A DNA stretch of 61,671 nucleotides from Lama guanicoe (Eukaryota), in the NCBI GenBank assembly GCA_013239625.1, contig MU053934.1, forward strand, positions 7,272,399 to 7,334,069, read 5' to 3'. Below the pieces are notes generated by a model, which was given only the letters and a program-made list of their open reading frames with translations, made no database searches and was not told the DNA's origin. Within the stretch, counting starts at the first letter, position 1, and the number at the start of each line of letters is the position of its first letter. Positions 51,539-61,671 of this stretch are shown here, one piece after another. The translations under genes were made by a program, and so were the position numbers.

Positions 51539-52604
51539 TGCGTAACCTGTAGTCTTCTCACAGTTTATCATTTATTCCTTCCAGTGCACACTGCGGAGTG
51601 CCACCAGACGCCCCTTTAAGACCAAGGCACTCATTCTCCCAGCAGGGACCCTCCGGGAGCTGCCAGTGGCTAAAAGGGCCTGCCTAGTCCAAGTTTACAC
51701 CTCTCCTGGGGCAGTCCACAGCCAGTGACAGGTTGATGCCAGGGTTCTGGCCCCTGCCTTCAACAGGGACAGCTCTGCAGGGCCACCCAGCTGCACTGCG
51801 TCCCAACTTGATGCTCCCTTTGCCTCGTCTGGTCCCCTCCACTACCAGTGTTGCTCCTGACATCCTGCGCAGTATAACTCCTACATGCTCATCTCTGCTT
51901 CCTGGAGAAGCCACCCCAGGATGTACCCTGCCAGGCGCTCCAGTTCAGGAGCCCCACACACGAGCCTCCCTCACAAGGTCCCATCAGGAAGGCTCAGGCT
52001 CACAGAGGTCTCACTCCTTGTCCAAGCTTTCATCCTGGCTGTGACCAACCTGGGACCTGAGCCCAGCTTTTCCGATGCCTGTTCAATGCTCTGTCTATCG
52101 CTCTGACCCTGATCATTAATTCACCACATGCTGCCTCTTTTGGAGGCAAAAAGCTAGAAAATACTGAAGTAAAGAAGAAATTTTAAGATTGGGATTTCAT
52201 TTTCTAAGTATAAAGTGGAGAACTGTGAACTAAAATAAACCAGCCTAATAATGAACAAACACCACGGACTCAAAGCAGACCCTGCTTATATATAAAAACC
52301 GAAAATTAACCATATTTTTTAAAGTACCTTTTCAAGGTCAGAGACAAATTCCTCTTACATACTAGTTCTCATTAAAATACCTTAAAAGATGAGGTGTTCA
52401 AGCTTGTTTACCTCAAACAGGCTCAAATATATCATACAGTGTTCATACCCCTCAAAAAAGGACTTGTATTCCTAAAAGAAGTTACAGAAAAACCTGGCTA
52501 ACTGTCCAGAAATCCCTTTCCTTTCCCAGTCACAGATTCTCTTCACTGTCAAGAATAATTTGTTTACTTAAAAAAGTTCTAGAGGCATAAAGTATACACT
52601 TTCT

Positions 52605-52710
52605 GGGGGTGGGGGGGTATAGCTCAGTGGTAGCACCAGTGCTTGGTGTGCTCCAGGTCATGGGTTCAATCCCCAGTGCCTCCATTAAGGGACAAAAATA
52701 AGTAAGTAAA
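52605..52710 (+). mobile_element. tRNA-Ala-derived SINE (Vic-1-like)
   Basis: gggtatagctcagtggtag...gggttcaatccccagtgcctcca; imperfect TSD TAAAGTA(TAC/CAT)ACTTT. Confidence 0.85.
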
Positions 52711-54735
52711 TAAAGTACATACTTTATGCAAAAAAGTCTCTTTACACATGCCTAGATATAAAAAACCTTAAACATCTGGTTTTGGGCCTGTAGGAACGTT
52801 ATTTTATCACAATTATCTCAGAACACTTTTACCATATCAACTCACAAACATCCCGCATTTCAGGATCCACCCCTGCTCCTTTATCTCCTTCGAGGCCTCA
52901 TCCTCCACCCTGGGAAACCCCCAGCAGTCAGGATTAATCTTGCCTCCTGGCGGGCCCCCACCCCCACCCCCGTGTGCTCAAGGCAGCACTGGGGTCCCCT
53001 GCCCTTTCCTTATCATCAGTCCACTGCCTGCTGGATTCTGAGCTTCCTGGGGGTGGGGGACGTGTCCTGGCAACCTGCCCCAGAGTAGGGGGCGGAGCTC
53101 TGCACCCAGAGGCACTCAGTGGGCATTTCAGTGGCCAATAGAACATCTATTTTCTCTCCAGTTCTAAATTAGAGCCCTGTGAAGCTTTCATTCAAGGCTG
53201 AAACTGAGCTTTCTCAGACTAAGCACTTCCTCATATCAAAAAGCAAAGCACCGACAAACAGGGCCAGCATGGAAAGCACGCTGCTTCTGGTGCAGGTGGA
53301 GGTGCCAGCCTGAAGCGCTGCTTCTGCTCTCTCCACCCGTGGTTTTTAAAAACTGGCTTCTGTTTCTTATTGATGGAAATAGTGACCCAGCTGACTGGTG
53401 TCCTGAGAAGGCCCTTTGAATGGGACCCTCCCCATTTCATTCTGGCATCCCCGGGGCGAGGAGGTTTTGCAGGCCAACACACTGCGCACCGTCCTCAGGA
53501 CACTGAGTGGACTGGAAGTCAGTCACTGTCACCTCCTACCCCATCCAGACTTCACTAAATGTGCGACTTGGCTATGAAGGGTCTGGGGTCAGTGCTCAGC
53601 TTTCTCCAAATGACTGATAAGTCTTGTGCTGTGTCACGTGGAAGATATTTTCCCAATTCTTATGAATAAGGCCTTGGCCAAGTCAGTTCTCCTCTAACTA
53701 TAAATGCTGTAACGACGATGCTCTCTCGGTTTGCTCTCAGGAAAACCTGGCGGGTAGGTGAACCTGGCCACACGCGGAAGCCGGTCGCCACCCTCAGTGA
53801 ATGGTGACCATTGTCCTTTCATGATCAGCAAGGTACAAACCAGGGATCCTGTTTGCAGATGAGGAGGCCCAGGGAGGCGGGGTGACTTGCCCAAGTCACA
53901 CAGAGGGTAAGTGATGGATGTGGGACTGAGCCCAGTCTGGTCTGACCAAACCCGTCAGTCGGTTACTCAGAAAAGCTTATTTTTCCTCTAAAAAGACAGG
54001 GGTATTCAGGCTCCCATTCAAGCAAGATCCAAACAGAAGAGTCATTCATAAAGAAAGGAGACCTTCAGCACTTCTTCATTAGGACGGGATTGAAGCCCCA
54101 CAGCCTGCCCAGAACCTACAACGTCCCACGGGTCCTGTGTCCTGGCCCTCACTGGCCTCTCCAGGTCCCTCTCACTCCACCACCCTCACTTCTTTCAGCT
54201 CCTGCAACACTCCTTCCTGCCGCGGGGCCTTTGCACCTGCTGTGGTGTCTGCTCAAGCAGCCTCTGACCACCTGGACTATGGGCCCCTCCATTCCATGCT
54301 CTTCCAGGCCTACGTTCCTTACGTTCAGAGCATGCATCTCAGTCTGTGATGACATGTTCATCGGTGTGATGATTTGGTGACCATCCCCCCCAGGCTCTAG
54401 GCGCCATGAGAGCAGGGAACAAGGAAGTTTTTGCCCATCACCATAGCCCCAGCGCCTGGCCCTGGACCAACCCAGGCAGGTGCTCAGTGATTACCTGTTC
54501 AATGACTGAATGTCCTCTCATATAATGCTCCCAATAACCCCATGAGGTAGTAATATTATCACCTTTTACAAATGGAGAAACCGAGGCTCTGGGAGTTAAA
54601 GGAACTTGCCCAAGGTCACAGAACTAGAAAGACAGGGCTTGAAGGTGAGACTTCCTTTCTCCAAGTGTCCCACTGCCACCCCAGGCTGATGCTCCCGGGA
54701 CAACCACACTGGATACCTGGGGCTCCCACTCCTCA

Positions 54736-54978
<243 letters not shown>

Positions 54979-55087
54979 TTAATTCAGTACTCTGAGGATA
55001 AGCATAAATAAAATATAACACTTTTTCTCCTAAAAGAGCTGCTCTTTTTGCTTTAAATCTTTCAAAAAGCTGCTTTTTAATTTTTCA

Positions 55088-55403
55088 TGGTTCTTTTTAC
55101 ATAACAGCTTTATTAAGACATAATCCATATGCCATATTACTCATCCACTTCACATGTACAACTCAGTGGTTTCTGGTATTTTTGGAGCTGTGCAGCCATC
55201 ATGACAATCAACTGCACAATGTCTGCATCCCCCCAAAAAGAACCCTGTGAACATGAGCAGTCACTTCCCAACCCCAGTGCTGGGCAGATAACAATCTGCT
55301 TTCCATCGCTAATGTTTTGCCTGTTCTGGGCATGTCATATAAGTAGAACTGTACATGTGGCCTTCTGTGTCTCGACTCTTGCACTGAGCATGCTTGCAAG
55401 GTT
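55088..55403 (-). mobile_element. Ancient L1MB-like 3' fragment
   Basis: acagctttattaagacataat...actgagcatgcttgcaaggtt resembles an L1MB 3' end in reverse. Confidence 0.7.
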
Positions 55404-55410
55404 AAAGAGC

Positions 55411-55925
55411 TGAAATACAGTTAGTTGAAAATGTGTCAGTTTCTGGTGTACAGCATAATGCCTCCATCATACATGAATATACATATATTCATTTTCATAT
55501 TCTTTTTCACCATAAGTTACTACAAGATACTGAATACAGTTCCTTGTGCTATACAGTATGAACTTGTTGTCTACTATTTTATATATATTAGTTAGTATCT
55601 GCAAATCTCAAACTCCCAATTTATCCCTTCCCACCCTCTTCCATGCTGGTAACCACAAGTTTGTTTTCTATGTCTGTGAGTCTGTTCCTGTTTGGTAAAT
55701 AAGTTAGTCTGTCTTTTTTTTTTTTTCAGATTCCACATATAAGTGATATCATATGGTATTTTTCTTTCTCTTTCTGGCTTACTTCAGTTAGAATGACAAT
55801 CTCCAGGTCCATCCATGTTGCTGCAAATGGCATGATTTTATTATTTTCTATGGCTGAATAGTATTCCATTGTATAAATATACCACAGCTTCTTTATCCAG
55901 TCATCTGTTGATGGACATTTAGGTT
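55411..55925 (-). mobile_element. Lineage-specific L1 3' end (~0.5 kb), poly(A) tail missing
   Basis: Reverse complement resembles 4770-5270 (e.g. ttcagattccacatataagtgatatcatatggtatttttc); flanked by AGGTTAAA(A)GAGCTG repeats. Confidence 0.85.
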
Positions 55926-56077
55926 AAAAGAGCTGCTTTTTATTTTCAAGATTCACATTAGCATCGAGGTTTCCATCTTACACGACAAAGACCACGTGTC
56001 AGGCACACTGAGCTCGACTGACCCTCCTAACGGCGGGGAGTAGGAAGTATCATGTCAAAGCAGTCAAGAATGGAAAC

Positions 56078-56162
56078 GGGGGGAGGGTGCAGTGGCAGAG
56101 TGCCTGCTTAGCACGCATGAGGTCCTGAGTTCAATCCCCGGTACCTCCAATTGAAAAAACAA
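56078..56162 (+). mobile_element. Short tRNA-Ala-derived SINE (Vic-1-like)
   Basis: TSD AATGGAAAC at 56069-56077 and 56163-56171. Confidence 0.85.
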
Positions 56163-56187
56163 AATGGAAACTGAACTCCGGCTCTTA

Positions 56188-56376
<189 letters not shown>

Positions 56377-57231
56377 TCACTGCCTCCCATTAAGTGAGAG
56401 GCCAGTTCATAGGGGAGAAAATGGGGAGGTGGTACCCACAGAGGACCCCCGATCCCATGTCCCCGCTCCAGGGGACAGTGCCAGCAGCCCCTGAGACTCC
56501 ATCAGGGAAGCGCTTCCTGCGCTGACCCACCCCAGGGGCTACGTTCAGTCAGACTTAAATGCAGTTCCCTGCCACTCCTGAGAACACAGAGTGTGGTGTT
56601 CCCTGCCACACCTGGAAAGGATGGCACTGACGGTGACCTCCAGGCATTTCCTGGCAGTTAAGGACTCAAAGGCAGAGTGAGCCCTAGACTAAATCCCTGG
56701 TGTTTTTGCTTCCAAGGGGCCCGCAGCCCCGGGAGCAGATCCACCCAGCCCGCCGCCTAGGTCTGCTGTTGTACTGGGTGCACGCGCTGCCTGGCGCCTG
56801 GGGGTGGATGAACTCAGTCCACCCCCACCCCGCCCCCCTCAGGCTGCTGCTGAGTGTCCCCAGTTAACCCCAAAGAGGAACCTAAGAGTCTAAACAACAA
56901 AATTTACCCAGATGGTAGGTGTCAGACAGGAGTTCAAGCCCAGGTACCCAAGCGTTAAGCATGTGCCTTGCTCCCTCAGAAACACTGACTGATCGGTTCT
57001 CCCCACCACTTTCAGAACAAAGAGTGGCCCACGAGGCTCCCTGCTGCTGTGACCTCTGCTGGTTTACGTGCCATCCCTAGGTGAGATTCTACGACTGATG
57101 GCACTATTGTGGTCACAGAGTCTTGCCCTGGCGCCTGGAAAAGCAAGTCTGGGCCACCCAGCCCGTGGCCAAAAGGCTGAGAATGACACGAGACTTCTGC
57201 CGAGAAGCAAGCAGAATGGGTTCCCCACTCA

Positions 57232-58001
<770 letters not shown>

Positions 58002-58437
58002 TAACGAGTTCTCTCTCTTAGCTGTGTGCTAAGTACTTTACAAATCTGTATCATTTCATCCCACGGCAACCTGTGAGCTAGGTAGGTACCGTTATCTTTC
58101 CCATTTATCAGATGAGGAAACTGAGGCCCAGAGAGGTCTCATATAATTTTCCCCAGGTATGTAAAGGGATTCTGAAACTATCTGACAGCCCTGCTGTTCT
58201 CACCAGATGGGACAGGGACACGTGGCTCTCCCTTGGCATTGCTGGATACAGTAATGACCCCTCCTGGCAGCCTGTAGCTCAGGAAGTGGCCCCCTGGTCC
58301 TGTGCACATTCCCAAGGCGCTCACACAAACTCAGATTCCAAAGTTGAGCCACCGCCCTCTCCCTGTTCTGGAGACACCTGGAATGAGGGAGGCACCCACT
58401 ATTTGCACAAACACGTTCACTCATCAAAGCCATCTCA

Positions 58438-58818
<381 letters not shown>

Positions 58819-59989
58819 TCAGGGCTCACCTGTCCACACCCCGGTCCCCACCCCACAGCGGCACAGGATACGGGCCCAGTGACTATATCTGGACTGTCTG
58901 AGGCAGGGGCACTTGTGACTCTGCCCTGAACAGTTTCACTCTCTGGCACAGAGTAAACGCTCAGTAAATGTTTATCGGTTAACGATAACACTGATTACTG
59001 ATAACAAACTAATGAAAGACAGATGCCTTCAGACTCTGAAGTCAGGAAACTCACTGACTCAATTTCTTCACCCAAAGCCAGGAAGGACAGGGACCCCTTA
59101 AAACCCAAATCCCAGGTGTTATTTAGGGCCCTGAGTCAGCACTTTATATTCCTGGAGAGCGAGATCCCTGCCAGGCCAGCTAGACTGCAAAGCCCCCAGT
59201 GAAATGAGTTGAAAGAGAAATGGATTCCTTCTCACCCTCTAAGAAAGCCAATCTCCCTGCCACATCCATCCGTCCTCACTCGCCCCCCAGAGAACCACGA
59301 AGGACAGAAGGGCTGGCACCCACAAGGGAGCCGCAGAGCCACGAAACAAGGCAGGTCATCCAGTGGCCTCTCACTCTGCCGTCCCTGTCCCCAGCCACCC
59401 CCACCTCACAGCACCAACCAGAGGTTTCTTTTGATTCCATAATCATTAGAATAAAAGACTTAATTTTTTTTTTATTATAGGAGATCTCAACCAAAGGCAG
59501 AAGCAGAGGGGAAAGTGTAACAGTAGCCCATTACCCAGCTTCAGGGGTCACCAGCCAGTCTTGTTCTATTTACACCCCAACCCCTCCCCACAGCACTGGC
59601 TTTTTTTGAAGTAATTCCCAGACATTATATCATCTCATCCAAAATAGTCCTGTTAGAATCTATAACACTTAAGGACTCCTTTTTATACCATACGATTTCT
59701 TATTTTATACCGTTATCACAACTTAAAAAAAAAAAAAGGAATAGTAATTCCTGAATATCATCAACTATTACTCGGTGTTCAAATCTCCCTGTCTGATCAA
59801 TATTTTTTACAGCTTTTGCAAATAGAGGCCAGGCCCTCTGATTTGGTGGCTGATGGCCACATGGCCACAACATCCTCTGTTTACTGATTTGGTGGGTGAC
59901 ATTCTTCATCATGTAAGACAAGCTATTCCAAGCTCACCGTCCCTTTCTTGACAAGAAATGTACAAGACATTTGTGGAGAGAAGCCCCTG

Positions 59990-60207
59990 TTGTCCTTCAA
60001 GGGCATCCTGGACCAGCCAAGCCCCAGCGGACCTGCCAGGAGATGCATGAGTGAGCCCAGACAGGATCAGTGAACTCCTACCAGACCAAAAGAACCACTT
60101 AGCCGAGCCCATAAACTCACATGCAATAAAAATGGTTGTTGTTTTAAGCCCCTTAAATTTTGCAACGTTTGTTACTTACCATCAGTCTGGCAATAGATAA
60201 CCCATAC
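59990..60207 (+). mobile_element. MLT1-type (MaLR) LTR 3' fragment
   Basis: aataaaatggttgttgttttaagcc...tttgttac...gcaatagataac is a typical MLT1 terminus. Confidence 0.65.
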
Positions 60208-60526
60208 GCCCCCTCCAGCACAGACACTGTTCACATGTTTTCACCCTGCTGCTACTTCCTGCCCATATGCAAGCTATTTCTGCAGACTTAATATCAGAAT
60301 TCAAGTACAATTTCATGTTTTTCTTCATACGTGTTCCATTTTCCAAGTTGTTTTATAATCATCATAATCATTTTAACGGTTATACCATAATCCACTTGGT
60401 TAATGCAGTTACCTCTCCTCAACCACTTCACATTTAGTTGTTTACAATATTTTTCCCTGTCCAGTTTTCAAGACCTGACAGTACACTTAATGGTTAAAAC
60501 ATTAGATCTCAAGATATCAGATAGCC

Positions 60527-61671
60527 TACTGTCCACCAAAACTGAATCAAGAAGAAACTGAACACTTGAACAATCCGATCACTAGAAAGGAAATAGAAAT
60601 AGCAATTAAAAACCTCCCTACAAATAAAAGTCCAGGACCGGATGGCTTCACCGGGGAATTCTACCAAACATACAAAGAAGAACTCATACCAGTCCTTCTC
60701 AAACTCTTCCAGACGATTGAAAAGGAGGGAATACTCCCAAACTCATTCTATGAAGCCACCATCACCCTGATACCAAAACCAGGCAAAGACACTACAAAAA
60801 AAGAGAATTATAGGCCAATATCACTGATGAACATAGACGCCAAAATCCTCACCAAAATTTTAGCAAATAGAATCCAACAACACATAAAAAAGATTATACA
60901 TCATGACCAAGTGGGGTTCATCCCAGGGACACAAGGCTGGTTCAACATANNNNNNNNNNNNNNNNNNNNNNNNNNNNNNNNNNNNNNNNNNNNNNNNNNN
61001 NNNNNNNNNNNNNNNNNNNNNNNNNNNNNNNNNNNNNNNNNNNNNNNNNNNNNNNNNNNNNNNNNNNNNNNNNNNNNNNNNNNNNNNNNNNNNNNNNNNN
61101 NNNNNNNNNNNNNNNNNNNNNNNNNNNNNNNNNNNNNNNNNNNNNNNNNNNNNNNNNNNNNNNNNNNNNNNNNNNNNNNNNNNNNNNNNNNNNNNNNNNN
61201 NNNNNNNNNNNNNNNNNNNNNNNNNNNNNNNNNNNNNNNNNNNNNNNNNNNNNNNNNNNNNNNNNNNNNNNNNNNNNNNNNNNNNNNNNNNNNNNNNNNN
61301 NNNNNNNNNNNNNNNNNNNNNNNNNNNNNNNNNNNNNNNNNNNNNGTCAGGCAAGAGAAAGAAATAAAAGGGATCCAAATTGGAAAAGAAGAGGTAAAAG
61401 TGTCACTATATGCCGACGACATGTTACTATATATAGAAAATCCTAAAAGGTCCACACAAAAACTGCTAGAGGTGATCGAAGAATTCAGCAAGGTAGCAGG
61501 TTACAAAATTAACGTCCAAAAATCAGTTGCATTTCTTTACACTTTCACTAAATCAACAGAAAAAGAAAGTAAAGAAACAATCCCCTTTAAAATAGCACCC
61601 AAAGTAATAAAATATCTGGGAATAAATCTAACCAAGGAGGCGAAAGAATTATACACAGAAAACTATAAACC
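60527..61671 (+). mobile_element. Second young 5'-truncated L1 of the same family in a TTLL1 intron; interrupted by the N gap and running off the window end
   Basis: Open ORF2 frame PPKLNQEE...[20 protein letters not shown]...[15 protein letters not shown]...[12 protein letters not shown]. After the gap it is roughly 95% identical by eye to 3200-3525. The 5' junction is approximate. Confidence 0.93.
60950..61345. other. Assembly gap (396 N)
   Basis: Run of N. Confidence 1.

Noticed and set aside
60860..61491. ORFs spanning X runs
   Set aside because: Artefacts of translating through the N gap.

Overview
Mammalian genomic DNA, most likely a camelid (Camelus/Vicugna), inferred from the tRNA-Ala-derived Vic-1-like SINEs. 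It matches the PACSIN2-TTLL1 interval syntenic to human 22q13.2. Eight coding exons of TTLL1 lie on the minus strand (58714 to the stop at 41194). All have GT-AG junctions in consistent phase; the first coding exon lies beyond the window end. A CpG-island promoter with a non-coding first exon at ~20.9-21.2 kb (minus strand) is assigned to PACSIN2 by synteny only, so 1-20878 would be its intron 1. The rest is interspersed repeats: two young 5'-truncated L1s with open ORF2, old L1M, L2, MIR, SINEs with target-site duplications (TSDs), ERV/MaLR LTRs and Tigger-type DNA transposons. There is one N gap at 60950-61345. I found no new multi-gene system. The strongest observation is a young L1 carrying a ~120-nt 3' transduction with its own poly(A) signal and tail inside the TSD. 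Others are a YADD rather than FADD RT motif in both young L1s, nested re-use of one L1 target site, a perfect 32-bp palindrome, an unidentified decayed reading frame at ~24 kb, and a CRE cluster with splice donors downstream of TTLL1. Repeat family names are recalled from memory, not from a search.
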